The translations under genes were made by a program, and so were the position numbers. Positions 43,476-52,502 of a DNA stretch of 64,000 nucleotides are shown here, piece after piece. The notes under the pieces were generated by a model. That model saw only the letters and a list, made by a program, of their open reading frames with translations, was not told where the DNA came from and made no database searches. Position 1 is the stretch's first letter. Every line of letters starts with the position of its first letter. The DNA comes from a virus (taxonomy: Duplodnaviria; Heunggongvirae; Uroviricota; Caudoviricetes): IMG/VR virus record IMGVR_UViG_3300048496_000015; one strand, given 5' to 3'.

Positions 43476-43999
43476 CAGAGAGTCTTACATTGTTCACACT
43501 GCGTGTCCGAAGGTTTAAGATTGACAAACTTTTTGATTACGTCACCAATTTGGGTAAGACTATCTGGATGAGCAAGATTAATTGTTGTGTCTCCGATATT
43601 GAGAGCTTTAGCTATAAGCCCATTTTGGATTTTAAAACAGGCTTCATTCTCAATAGTCTGAAAGGTTAGTTCTGGATTGACATGAGGAATACTGATATAG
43701 AAGGTGTAAACCTTGAGATATCTCGCCCAGCCTCCACCTCTAAAATTAACGGCGTCTTTCAATCCTGCTTGATTAATAGCAAGATTCATGACCCGCAGAT
43801 ATTCATTGTATCTACGAGCGCCCATATTGACAGTTGACTCACGCTCCACGATCTCGTGGTTCTCGATCTTAGAATCCAACATCTTAGCCCCTGGCTTGAG
43901 AACCAGATACCGCTTAACTGCTTGAATTGGATCCTGGTTTAGGTCTGTAGCTGGACATTCGAATTCCAGCGTGAGTTTAATTCTGCGGGCTTTTCGCAT
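43403..43999 (-). CDS. hypothetical protein
   Basis: 198-aa track ORF. Confidence 0.5.
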   Translation of the reverse strand: MRKARRIKLTLEFECPATDLNQDPIQAVKRYLVLKPGAKMLDSKIENHEIVERESTVNMGARRYNEYLRVMNLAINQAGLKDAVNFRGGGWARYLKVYTFYISIPHVNPELTFQTIENEACFKIQNGLIAKALNIGDTTINLAHPDSLTQIGDVIKKFVNLKPSDTQCEQCKTLWWQHQQSCPEGPYYSYWKRQHPNG

Positions 44000-44026
44000 G
44001 ACAATCCTTGATAATAAGACGCCGCC

Positions 44027-44236
44027 TTAGATGTCCCACCTAAACCACTGGCAGAGGTAATTTGTACGTTTATCTACCTTATGCTTCTTCTTCAGCATCT
44101 TGTAATGCTTCTCAGCTTCGGCATCAGTGACACAAGGGTGGGTGTAATGCTTAGATTTTGCCGTCTTGCGCCATGGCCAGACGATGAAGAAGTAGCACAT
44201 AGGTTTCTTCTTCTTTGATTTCCTCTTTGACATCAA
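44027..44236 (-). CDS. hypothetical basic protein
   Basis: 69-aa track ORF. Confidence 0.4.
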   Translation of the reverse strand: MMSKRKSKKKKPMCYFFIVWPWRKTAKSKHYTHPCVTDAEAEKHYKMLKKKHKVDKRTNYLCQWFRWDI

Positions 44237-44490
44237 ACCTCCTTATCAAGCTCTCTAAGGATTTCAAGCAGAAATGTAATTGATTCTGGATTATGTAGTC
44301 GGAGCTTCTGATGGCGTACCCCATCAATTTCGATACGAGGGTCATTACCGTCAGAAATCCAGATATCTACATCCCTCCATTTAATACGGCGAATATTCAC
44401 CCTGATGTGGCCGTAAAAGCTTTTGGCTTCAAAACCTTGATCTCTAAGATAAGATGCAAAGAGCTCGCTCGTGCCTAACATAGAATCCAC
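44233..44490 (-). CDS. hypothetical protein
   Basis: 85-aa track ORF. Confidence 0.45.
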   Translation of the reverse strand: MDSMLGTSELFASYLRDQGFEAKSFYGHIRVNIRRIKWRDVDIWISDGNDPRIEIDGVRHQKLRLHNPESITFLLEILRELDKEV

Positions 44491-44744
44491 GAATGAAGTT
44501 GATCAAAGAATTTAGGGGCGGCTGGATGGAGTTCAATCGTGAATGGCCACTCATTCGCAGTGTCCTCCCCAACATGCGTCCTCGCCATTCCAGCATTCCA
44601 TTTAGCGACATTGACCAATCCATCTGGAGTTTCCATGAGCGAAGTCTCACCAATGTGGAGGGAACCTGAGCCGCGAGGATCAGTCATCGTTACCTTATAA
44701 CCTTCCTCTTCCGCCCACATCCTTAAGAGAATCATAAGGTTCAT
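44475..44744 (-). CDS. small protein, DPxFF-family-like
   Basis: LLRMWAEEEGY...ELHPAAPKFFDQLHSW. Confidence 0.5.
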   Translation of the reverse strand: MNLMILLRMWAEEEGYKVTMTDPRGSGSLHIGETSLMETPDGLVNVAKWNAGMARTHVGEDTANEWPFTIELHPAAPKFFDQLHSWILC

Positions 44745-45136
44745 TGAACACCCGGAATCAAGAACTTTTCTCTCTCCTGGCGGAAGATAGTCTTCGTGCC
44801 ATCCATGTCGTATGCCTTGGCGATAAAACCTTCACCATAGAAAGTGATGGCGTCCTCGATTTCGGCGTTATAGTGAGCCGCATCGGGACATTCTACAAGC
44901 GTCCAATCTCCTTCGGCATAGGTGAGGGTGAGGAACTTGGTCTTATTGACCCAAACCCCGAAGTAGTGAGCATCCTGGTCCGTATCGAACTGCTCCCAGC
45001 CCTCTGAGGTGAAATCGTCAGCGAAGTCGACGGCATATCGTTCGCTGGGGAAAAACATCCGACGAAGTGTGCTCCCACGTTTATTGGTTGTGATTTCCTT
45101 CTTCTGCATCAGCTTGACGAGTGTGGCGACTTTCAT
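44741..45136 (-). CDS. hypothetical protein
   Basis: 131-aa track ORF. Confidence 0.5.
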   Translation of the reverse strand: MKVATLVKLMQKKEITTNKRGSTLRRMFFPSERYAVDFADDFTSEGWEQFDTDQDAHYFGVWVNKTKFLTLTYAEGDWTLVECPDAAHYNAEIEDAITFYGEGFIAKAYDMDGTKTIFRQEREKFLIPGVQ

Positions 45137-45269
45137 TTTCTCCTCCTTGACTTATGAAATTCTCCGCTTCTTTCCTTGTAGTAAAAGAAGCCGAATAAAC
45201 AATGGCGGGGCTTCCGATGAGGATAAAAGCGTCGAAGAACGCATTTTCTCCAATCCAGGTTTTGGTCAT
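45081..45269 (-). CDS. hypothetical protein (questionable)
   Basis: 62 aa; 56-nt overlap with 44741-45136. Confidence 0.3.
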   Translation of the reverse strand: MTKTWIGENAFFDAFILIGSPAIVYSASFTTRKEAENFISQGGENESRHTRQADAEEGNHNQ

Positions 45270-45619
45270 TTCACATATTTCCTGCCGAGGGTCTTGCGAA
45301 GGAGAGACTTCTCCTCGTCCATGAATTTCTGATGGCTCTTGTGTTCTCTTTTAGTATGACCTCGCAAGAAGGACATGAAGTCTTTCAGTCGAGCAAAGAA
45401 ATTGGGGTCTGCTGCTTTCACTAAGAATCCCCAATAGGAACAAGTCACTTCATCTTCGTGAATCACCAGAATATGAATGGAGTTCGCCTTTCCTGGAGGC
45501 GCGATGTAATATCTCTTGTTATGGAGACCATCAAAAAACCAGCTTCGGAACTCGGTGTTACGGATCCACTTCTCGATCATCCGTGAGAGAGTGATTTCTT
45601 TCGCCATCTCTTCCTCCAT
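45266..45619 (-). CDS. small protein of the DPxFF family
   Basis: MIEKWIRNTE...LVKAADPNFFARLKDFM. Confidence 0.55.
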   Translation of the reverse strand: MEEEMAKEITLSRMIEKWIRNTEFRSWFFDGLHNKRYYIAPPGKANSIHILVIHEDEVTCSYWGFLVKAADPNFFARLKDFMSFLRGHTKREHKSHQKFMDEEKSLLRKTLGRKYVK

Positions 45620-45623
45620 GAAA

Positions 45624-45700
<77 letters not shown>

Positions 45701-45705
45701 AAAAC

Positions 45706-46209
45706 CTACAGGTAGATTCCCATCTGCTTGCGGACTTCGGAGATGACTCTCCTTATATCTCTTGATGTGATATGTTTAGGCATATCGTTCTTTGCACGCA
45801 AAGATGTCTCAACCTGCTCGACAATTAGGTCATCATCTATGTCACCAGCTTCGAGGACCTTCCTCACTTCTGCGTTGATGTTCGGGGTATTGGCATACCT
45901 GATTGACATTTTTAGCATGTGGGGGTTCAAGAACATTGTGAGACCAAGGTTGCCTGAAGTCATTTGGTTCCTCACCCTCTCAACTGCGGCGGGTCCATAT
46001 TCAGGCAATAAATGCTCTGTAATCCTTTCGGCTAGGATTCTCGGTAACTTGATCTTATCTGCGGGGATCTCGTCCCACGGAGCCAGAACGGAATCTCCTT
46101 CGATCTTCCACTGATCGAGCCATTCTATCCAGTTCGCATCGAGGCCTTTTTTAAGCTCGTCAAGTGTCTTGCCTCGAAGAATCTCGATCTTGAGTGAGTG
46201 ATATTTCAT
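45706..46209 (-). CDS. hypothetical protein
   Basis: 167-aa track ORF. Confidence 0.55.
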   Translation of the reverse strand: MKYHSLKIEILRGKTLDELKKGLDANWIEWLDQWKIEGDSVLAPWDEIPADKIKLPRILAERITEHLLPEYGPAAVERVRNQMTSGNLGLTMFLNPHMLKMSIRYANTPNINAEVRKVLEAGDIDDDLIVEQVETSLRAKNDMPKHITSRDIRRVISEVRKQMGIYL

Positions 46210-46343
46210 TACATCCCTCTGGCGTAGTCGTACTGACCTTCTTCGATCTTTTTGGTTTCGATGATGCCACGAAGTCGGGCAATCTCTTGTAGGAGAGAGC
46301 GAACGATGATCGCCTCTTTGGAGAGCTTCTTTTTTCTTTTCAT
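46209..46343 (-). CDS. small basic protein (44 aa)
   Basis: MKRKKKLSKEAIIVRSLLQEIARLRGIIETKK... Confidence 0.3.
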   Translation of the reverse strand: MKRKKKLSKEAIIVRSLLQEIARLRGIIETKKIEEGQYDYARGM

Positions 46344-46344
46344 C

Positions 46345-46542
46345 TTACCTCCAGAATTTGGAGAGGTCGCAGCCCTTGGGACACTTCACGCCTCTAAAGG
46401 TGATCCCTTCAAACTCTCCTTCATAGAGGCGAAGCTTTCTCTTGCACCCGGGACAAGAATCTTTCTGCATCTCTAAGGCGTGGTCCCGTACGACCATCTG
46501 CTTCTTGAAGGTGTCGAGGTCTTTTATTTTGGTTCTTGACAT
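46345..46542 (-). CDS. small zinc-ribbon protein
   Basis: ...CPGCKRK...CPKGC. Confidence 0.45.
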   Translation of the reverse strand: MSRTKIKDLDTFKKQMVVRDHALEMQKDSCPGCKRKLRLYEGEFEGITFRGVKCPKGCDLSKFWR

Positions 46543-46712
46543 TTCTTCAGCTCTTCGAGGGCTTCACGAAGCCGCTCTCCATCGTTCTCGTCAGTATCGG
46601 CGTAGTGAGGCCAGATACCTGCTCCGTGCTCTTCAAATCCCGCCATCACTCTGGCGGCGAAAACAGCAATGCGCTCAAGGATTTCTTTTCTATTCGCTGT
46701 CATCGAATTCAA
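46524..46712 (-). CDS. hypothetical protein
   Basis: 62-aa track ORF. Confidence 0.4.
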   Translation of the reverse strand: MNSMTANRKEILERIAVFAARVMAGFEEHGAGIWPHYADTDENDGERLREALEELKKCQEPK

Positions 46713-46857
46713 ACCAATCGTTGAGTTTCCTTAGTGTCTCACCTGAGAGCTTCTCTTGATTATAAGGACCGACTTCGATCCAGATCTTCTGGAGAAGCTC
46801 TTCTGCCTTCTCAGCCCTTTGAAAGAGTTGGATTAGCTCTAGAAAGGTAACTGCCAT
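46690..46857 (-). CDS. small protein (55 aa)
   Basis: MAVTFLELIQLFQRAEKAEELLQKIWIEVG... Confidence 0.3.
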   Translation of the reverse strand: MAVTFLELIQLFQRAEKAEELLQKIWIEVGPYNQEKLSGETLRKLNDWFEFDDSE

Positions 46858-46864
46858 TTTATCC

Positions 46865-47113
46865 TCAAATACGGATTGCCTTTATGGCCTTGGAAGATGC
46901 ATCATCCATCACGGAGATCTCTGCGAGGTTGTAGGGCGGCAGATTTACATTCTGAATACCATCGACCCGATATACAAAACCATCCGCAAAGGTGAGTCGA
47001 TTTGTGTAGACAGATTCGAGTCTCAACGTGGTCTTCAGATCGCGAGCTGTGTAGACTCGGTTAACACGGATTTTGGCCGCATCACTTCTGTATGCGAGGA
47101 ACTTGATACTCAC
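46865..47113 (-). CDS. hypothetical protein
   Basis: 82-aa track ORF. Confidence 0.45.
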   Translation of the reverse strand: MSIKFLAYRSDAAKIRVNRVYTARDLKTTLRLESVYTNRLTFADGFVYRVDGIQNVNLPPYNLAEISVMDDASSKAIKAIRI

Positions 47114-47121
47114 TTTCCCTC

Positions 47122-47367
47122 CTAATAGCCCTTTTGGGCTCTTTCAATATCATTGCGCCAGAATCGTTCTGGCCTCAGCCAGTAACCACCATCCTGACCA
47201 ACAATTTCTACAAAGTATTCTTGAGTATCCCACTTCATCCATAGACACCCAGAGGGTAACACACGATAGTTCGTGATCTTTCCCCTCCATGGGACGCCTC
47301 CACCTCCGTGGAAGAACCTGACGGTCTCTCCGATCTTGTATTCTTGTTTCATTTGAAATCCTCCCAC
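47122..47367 (-). CDS. hypothetical protein
   Basis: 81-aa track ORF. Confidence 0.45.
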   Translation of the reverse strand: MGGFQMKQEYKIGETVRFFHGGGGVPWRGKITNYRVLPSGCLWMKWDTQEYFVEIVGQDGGYWLRPERFWRNDIERAQKGY

Positions 47368-47570
47368 CTTCGCTCGTAGGCCAACTGGAGAGCTCTCATA
47401 TTAAAGCGTCCTTGCTGCTCCCTCTTGAAGCACTCGTTACATATGTCCAGAGTGTACCAAGGATGGTGAGTGTACTGTTCTTTGCAACTTTGGCAGCGAG
47501 GGAAGGCGTAAAACTTTCCACAGCTGGACCTTACTTCGAAGCCAGCCTTTTGCGCTTTAGTTCCAGCCAT
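47349..47570 (-). CDS. hypothetical Cys-containing protein
   Basis: 73-aa track ORF. Confidence 0.45.
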   Translation of the reverse strand: MAGTKAQKAGFEVRSSCGKFYAFPRCQSCKEQYTHHPWYTLDICNECFKREQQGRFNMRALQLAYERRWEDFK

Positions 47571-47785
47571 ATCTGCTCAATCTCAGCCTCAAGAGAGGCT
47601 GTCATCATTGCCAAGAATGCGCCGCCAAAAAGAGTTGCAAATCCTGCGGCGATATTCCAAGCCCAAAGACCAACACAAATAGAGAAGAGGAAGAGAAAGA
47701 CAGACATTAAACCGACAACCGCCTTGTCGGTCATCTTCTTGGATGGAGATTCCAGCTCCTCGTCCTCGAGTTCTTTAGGCTCCAC
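47531..47785 (-). CDS. small membrane protein
   Basis: 84 aa, hydrophobic. Confidence 0.45.
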   Translation of the reverse strand: MEPKELEDEELESPSKKMTDKAVVGLMSVFLFLFSICVGLWAWNIAAGFATLFGGAFLAMMTASLEAEIEQIWLELKRKRLASK

Positions 47786-47981
47786 GTTTCCTCCAGAGGT
47801 TCTTGTACTCCTCCAGTTTCTCGCGGAGGATGGGCTGCTTTTCCTCAGGGAAAGAAAGAATCGCGCTTTCGAGCTCTTCGGGAGTCAGACCTTCTTCAAC
47901 ACCGACTTGAAAGAGTGCCTTCTCCGTGGGAGCCTCAGCCAACCTTCTGATAGAATCACCGAGTTCGTTGAAGGGATTCAT
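47775..47981 (-). CDS. hypothetical protein
   Basis: 68-aa track ORF. Confidence 0.4.
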   Translation of the reverse strand: MNPFNELGDSIRRLAEAPTEKALFQVGVEEGLTPEELESAILSFPEEKQPILREKLEEYKNLWRKRGA

Positions 47982-48299
47982 TTATCCTCCATGTTTCTCA
48001 CAAGGGAGTTCACGAGCACAGACCTGGACCCCATTGAGTTGGCCATAAGGCTCATACTCCGTGCATCGACCTTGTTTTGCTACTTCTCGCCTATCCTCAG
48101 CTGCACAGCTGCGACAGCCCATGTGACAGGAAGGACACCACTTATACGTCCCATCAAGGCGAGCAGAATGCGAGGGACCAAAGCCGTAAACAACGTTCAG
48201 TTTTCCACCGCAAAGCGTACAGTAGTCACTCATCATTCTCCAGATGGTGAGGAAGAAGTGACCAATAGCCTTGCCGATGGACTTGAGGATCTTCACCAC
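47982..48299 (-). CDS. hypothetical Cys-rich protein (GTG start)
   Basis: 105-aa track ORF. Confidence 0.5.
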   Translation of the reverse strand: MVKILKSIGKAIGHFFLTIWRMMSDYCTLCGGKLNVVYGFGPSHSARLDGTYKWCPSCHMGCRSCAAEDRREVAKQGRCTEYEPYGQLNGVQVCARELPCEKHGG

Positions 48300-48536
48300 T
48301 TAACTCCTATATGGAGGCGACCCAAAAAGAGCCACAGGATTCCTCGCTTGGCCCCATACCTCTTGAGATAGCGATACCACCACTTTGATTCTCTCGCAGA
48401 GATCACTGCAACGTCGAAAGTGGATGCAATAATTCGAGGGGGTCTCATGTCGCCCATCCACAATCTGGGCAGTAATCGCCCATTTCACCCATCGTACAAA
48501 CCTTGTACGCTTTCGGGTGCTCACAATGGGTCTCAA
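48300..48536 (-). CDS. hypothetical protein (frame ambiguous)
   Basis: track ORF; an alternative same-strand frame 48297-48448 is equally plausible. Confidence 0.25.
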   Translation of the reverse strand: MRPIVSTRKRTRFVRWVKWAITAQIVDGRHETPSNYCIHFRRCSDLCERIKVVVSLSQEVWGQARNPVALFGSPPYRS

Positions 48537-48636
48537 GAATCTCCATTTCGAGTTGGATTCGCTGCTCTTGCGCTTGTGCTTCTTTAAGTCGAGTTTTCAA
48601 CTCTTTGTACTTCGTTTTGATCTCTTCTCGGGTCAT
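48445..48636 (-). CDS. small Cys protein
   Basis: ...HCEHPKAYKVC...CPDCGW. Confidence 0.45.
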   Translation of the reverse strand: MTREEIKTKYKELKTRLKEAQAQEQRIQLEMEILETHCEHPKAYKVCTMGEMGDYCPDCGWAT

Positions 48637-48860
48637 GCTGGTTGTTCCCCATAACTCGGCTTAGGGAGGAGAGATTTACTCTCCGCCTTCTTGAGCTCTG
48701 CATCCTTCACCTGGGGGAAGAGAGACTGCGCCATCTGTAACGCGAGAGGAAGGCTTTCTATCGGAATCTCAACACGAAATGTTGAGTAACATGCGCCCTC
48801 TACTCCTCCAGCTTTGGTGGACTTCTCATACTCAAGAGTCCAGAGTCTCTTTTTGTTCAT
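48633..48860 (-). CDS. hypothetical protein
   Basis: 75-aa track ORF. Confidence 0.4.
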   Translation of the reverse strand: MNKKRLWTLEYEKSTKAGGVEGACYSTFRVEIPIESLPLALQMAQSLFPQVKDAELKKAESKSLLPKPSYGEQPA

Positions 48861-49111
48861 CAGCAGATCTTCTTTTCTTCAAAGTCGGGCGAGGAAGTCA
48901 GAACTGCACGTGCGTCCTCGAGGTCTCCATCGAACTCATAGGTTGACTCGCCCAGCTCATAAAATCCATCGGGAACATCCGCCTCATCAAGACCCTCGTC
49001 TAAGAGGGTCCCCTCTGAGTCGAAATGCTCCTTTGGAGTAATGGCGAACGCCGGGTTGCCGATATCGGCCATGACAGCCCTACCAAGATACTGCCAGTAG
49101 AATTTCACCAT
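48860..49111 (-). CDS. hypothetical acidic protein
   Basis: 83-aa track ORF. Confidence 0.45.
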   Translation of the reverse strand: MVKFYWQYLGRAVMADIGNPAFAITPKEHFDSEGTLLDEGLDEADVPDGFYELGESTYEFDGDLEDARAVLTSSPDFEEKKIC

Positions 49112-49749
49112 TAGTTGGCCTTCACAACCTCAGGTGCCTTCTCGACGCCCGCTTCCTTCTTGGCGGCGATCAATTCCTTCTGGTGTTCGAGCTGCTTTTC
49201 GAAACCAGCAATGACGGCTTCCATCGCGCCAGTCAGGGCGAAGGTGAGAGCCAGCCCACGAACATCATGAATGGACTTCTCAGCCTTGGCGAGGAGACGC
49301 TTCGTCTCGGTCTCGAGGTTCTCGTCGGCGAGAGTGCCGATCCGTTGAAGCTCTGCCTTGGGAGTCACGCTGTTATCATCGGCCAGAGCTGCCTCGATGG
49401 ACTTCTTCGTGTCCTCGTGGTTCTTCTCGGCTTCCTCGAGCTTCTTCCTCATCTGGTCGTGGGCGTGCTTCATCAGCTGACGGAGCCCGCGCTGAGCGGC
49501 TTTCTCGAGGTCCGCGCTCTGAGAGCTGTCGAACTTGTAAACGCCCGATTCGATGACGTTGGGATTCTGCGAGTTGATTTCACTCAGGATATCCTCGATC
49601 TCCTTCTTCTTGCCCCAGGGGATCAAGTAAGCGCTCCAGTTCAGAGCGATGGTCTTGCTGCGGATCTTCTTGCGCAGGCGGTTGTACACGGTGCGCTGGG
49701 TCACAGGAACGTCGTAGGTCAGAAGGCCGTACTCAATGCTTGTAGGCAT
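49111..49749 (-). CDS. hypothetical protein (212 aa, helical, GC-rich)
   Basis: track ORF. Confidence 0.55.
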   Translation of the reverse strand: MPTSIEYGLLTYDVPVTQRTVYNRLRKKIRSKTIALNWSAYLIPWGKKKEIEDILSEINSQNPNVIESGVYKFDSSQSADLEKAAQRGLRQLMKHAHDQMRKKLEEAEKNHEDTKKSIEAALADDNSVTPKAELQRIGTLADENLETETKRLLAKAEKSIHDVRGLALTFALTGAMEAVIAGFEKQLEHQKELIAAKKEAGVEKAPEVVKAN

Positions 49750-49770
49750 GGTTCTAACTCCTAAAGTAGT

Positions 49771-50073
49771 TTACCAACGAGCGCCCATCGGGCCCCAGGG
49801 CGTCATCATAATATGTCTTTCCGAGCCCAGATTCGCCAACGTGCGGTAAGCTGCCCCGATTTTTTCGTTCTCTGATGCCTCCACCTTCTGGTTTTCAAGC
49901 TTGTGAACCTTCTCCTTCTGGGTGGAGAGGTCATCTCTCAGTTGATCTCTCATCTTGCGACCATCTTGAGACTGATCCTCCAGACATCGATACTGGTAAT
50001 TGAGACTCATCAATTGCTGGATCAAATCATCTTTGGATTTCTTACGCAAATCCTTCTCATTCAACTCGTTCAT
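49771..50073 (-). CDS. coiled-coil protein
   Basis: 100 aa, heptad-like Leu/Gln/Lys pattern. Confidence 0.45.
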   Translation of the reverse strand: MNELNEKDLRKKSKDDLIQQLMSLNYQYRCLEDQSQDGRKMRDQLRDDLSTQKEKVHKLENQKVEASENEKIGAAYRTLANLGSERHIMMTPWGPMGARW

Positions 50074-50273
50074 TTCAATGCCTCCAAAAGGTCTTCTCGG
50101 TGTTCCAAGATCTCTTCAACAACTTCGCTCGCAAACATGTTGCTGGCGAAGAACTTATCAACAAGTGCCGTCACCGCCTTTTTTCTACGAAGAGTGTTTT
50201 CGTGGTCGCACGCTTCGCCTTCGTCGCTGAAGACTCTGCCATCCGTGGTTTCCCACGCCTGAATCGGCTTCAT
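50070..50273 (-). CDS. hypothetical protein
   Basis: 67-aa track ORF. Confidence 0.4.
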   Translation of the reverse strand: MKPIQAWETTDGRVFSDEGEACDHENTLRRKKAVTALVDKFFASNMFASEVVEEILEHREDLLEALK

Positions 50274-50280
50274 AACTCAC

Positions 50281-50634
50281 TTATCCTCTCACGGAGATCT
50301 TTCTTCGCCCGCGACCTCTTGAACTTCGTGCGGACTTCGTGGATTCTCGAAGGTGGAGGAAGGGGCGATCGGGGCTTGGGATTCCTCTTACGTCGGCAGC
50401 CTCCACGCATGACATCTTCCTTTCTACGAAGGTCCAACCCTCTTGCCGACAGACATCTTTGACGATTTGGGTTTTTCCAATCCCACGAGAGCCCCAAACC
50501 ATGGGAATTGGTCGGGTGCGAGTAATCGCTTCCCGAAAAATCTGAGTCCAGTGCTTTGGCTTAAAGATCTCTACAAGCGTAGCAGGGGCCGCAACCACCA
50601 ACCCCAACAAACCAAGAAAGCCACGTCTTTTCAT
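50281..50634 (-). pseudogene. truncated duplicate of the MoxR ATPase N-terminus (P-loop segment only)
   Basis: MVWGSRGIGKTQIVKDVCRQEGWTFV...DVRGIPSPDRP aligns with MFMWGHRGLGKSSLVRQLCQEA...WGFV...DLRGLPDRQ; the tail then degenerates. Confidence 0.5.
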
Positions 50635-50831
50635 CGCTTCACCCGGGTGAATTCATCGAAGTGAGAATCACACATCCTACCTTGCGGTGTAACGTGTTTT
50701 CCTCCTCGAAGATCACTGACGGGAAAGAGCTGAGGCATCCCATCGTCACTGCAAGCGACGTAGGGTTGCACGCATCTTATACAGGGGCCGTGTTGTGCGA
50801 CTTCCCGCTTTAAACGCTCTTGGTGTGTCAT
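50631..50831 (-). CDS. small Cys-rich protein
   Basis: 66-aa track ORF. Confidence 0.4.
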   Translation of the reverse strand: MTHQERLKREVAQHGPCIRCVQPYVACSDDGMPQLFPVSDLRGGKHVTPQGRMCDSHFDEFTRVKR

Positions 50832-51319
50832 CCAATCACCTTCTCTTTGGTGGGAATATCGCCTCCATAAGGGAAGCCGTAATCAACAATCACAATTCGA
50901 CCTTCTCTGTCGACTCCCCAGTTGGTGCCACTGGTGTCTTCATCAAGGTCGCCCACGTTGTATTGCTCCCCCAGTCTATCAACGATATCCAGCATTCGAT
51001 CGTACCCGGGTTCACTCATCGGATCTCCGATAAATCTGATGAATTGTTGAGCTACCCAGTACATCTTATCATTGAGGTTCCCCCATTCGACCAGAGGAGC
51101 GAAGTACTTTCGATCCCTCTTTTTCAGGGATCTCCAAACCCTAATCTCCCATTTGGACTGATTGACACCAAGCTCAGCACCGCTATCGATCTTTACAATC
51201 AGATCTCGGTATCTGTAGTAGCTATGGCGAGTTCCCTCCAGGGCCGTTAGGCGCATCCTCTTTCCCAGATAGAAAGGGACGCCCAGTTTACTGAATGTGA
51301 TCATTTCCGTCCTGCCCAT
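50828..51319 (-). CDS. hypothetical protein (weak atypical-kinase-like tail)
   Basis: 163 aa; NWGVDREGRIVIVDYGF is my only basis, and it is weak. Confidence 0.5.
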   Translation of the reverse strand: MGRTEMITFSKLGVPFYLGKRMRLTALEGTRHSYYRYRDLIVKIDSGAELGVNQSKWEIRVWRSLKKRDRKYFAPLVEWGNLNDKMYWVAQQFIRFIGDPMSEPGYDRMLDIVDRLGEQYNVGDLDEDTSGTNWGVDREGRIVIVDYGFPYGGDIPTKEKVIG

Positions 51320-51525
51320 TTGTCCATCGTATTGATGGTCGTTTTGGGAGACGACGCAATTCGCTTGCAGAATGCAACGAATAGATCAGGCTCAAGTACC
51401 AGTCTAGAAACACGGTCGAATCGAGTGTCACCTTGGGAATCTCGAGTATCATCTCGAGGGGAGGCGTCAACCCCATGTTGAAGATCACGAAGAAGTCCAA
51501 GAGCTCTTTTTCTACTCATCTTCAT
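51301..51525 (-). CDS. hypothetical protein
   Basis: 74-aa track ORF filling a gap. Confidence 0.35.
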   Translation of the reverse strand: MKMSRKRALGLLRDLQHGVDASPRDDTRDSQGDTRFDRVSRLVLEPDLFVAFCKRIASSPKTTINTMDKWAGRK

Positions 51526-52202
51526 CGCAGATCACCCCAGGAATCATTGATTCCTTCCTCGCTGAAGAAGAACTCATCACACTTAGCGCAGTGATACTGC
51601 CCGAAGAACGTCTCGCGGGGGCCCTGTGGCATCTTGGCCACAGCCCGTCCGCTATAACCGCAGCTTCGGCAATCATACGAGATATGCTCAGCCTCGCACT
51701 TTCTTCCCGGGATTCCACCGAACTGCTTGCTCTTTTCGCCAAGAGACTTTCCACAGGACTTGCGAGATCCGTCAGCCGACACGAGCGCTTGACAGGCGAG
51801 ATTGGGAAGAGCTTTCTGCTCTGCAGCTTGAGTACCTCCCGCGTTGATCCCATCACCGATGCCAGGGCAATTCGGATAGTGCTTCACACCCACTCCCTTA
51901 TTCCAAGCGATCATTGATCCCTTATCAACCCAATCACCGCAGCTACAGCACTTGGAATTGAACTTGGAGGGCATGACCGTCCCAACACCTCTGATGTACT
52001 TGCCTTTCTTCTCGGTGTGTGGTACAGAAGGCTGTCCGGTCGGAGCAGGGGAGGAGGGATTCGCACCAAAGCGAGTGATCAGCTCATCGAATCCCTCAAG
52101 CATGTATCGGAATTCCAGGTTATCGGTCTTAGAGAGCTTGCTGGCAATCCAGGACTTCCACTGGGGGAGTGACGCGCCTCTGATTTTGAGATTGTCGTTC
52201 AT
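51522..52202 (-). CDS. hypothetical Cys-rich protein (226 aa)
   Basis: track ORF with several CxxC pairs. Confidence 0.55.
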   Translation of the reverse strand: MNDNLKIRGASLPQWKSWIASKLSKTDNLEFRYMLEGFDELITRFGANPSSPAPTGQPSVPHTEKKGKYIRGVGTVMPSKFNSKCCSCGDWVDKGSMIAWNKGVGVKHYPNCPGIGDGINAGGTQAAEQKALPNLACQALVSADGSRKSCGKSLGEKSKQFGGIPGRKCEAEHISYDCRSCGYSGRAVAKMPQGPRETFFGQYHCAKCDEFFFSEEGINDSWGDLR

Positions 52203-52265
52203 GGCACCATCCTACGATAGGGAACAAACGGATACAATCATGGACATGTTCATATGGACAGTGAA

Positions 52266-52496
52266 TTATTCGGGGTCTGAGAACTTGACGTCGTCGGGGT
52301 GAAGTGCTTGGATTACAAATTTGTTCGCCGCCGACTCTGCGTGGAGTTTCAAGACTTGCGACTGGAGATTATTGATTTTAGATTCCAGGCGTTGAATCCT
52401 GTCACCAACTGTGGGAACGGTGAAGATTAAAACGAAACAGATAACGATCACGACCATACTTGAGATAGCCGCGAAGATGCTGAGTCTGAATTTCAT
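52266..52496 (-). CDS. small membrane protein
   Basis: N-terminal TM helix. Confidence 0.4.
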   Translation of the reverse strand: MKFRLSIFAAISSMVVIVICFVLIFTVPTVGDRIQRLESKINNLQSQVLKLHAESAANKFVIQALHPDDVKFSDPE

Positions 52497-52502
52497 TATG
52501 GG

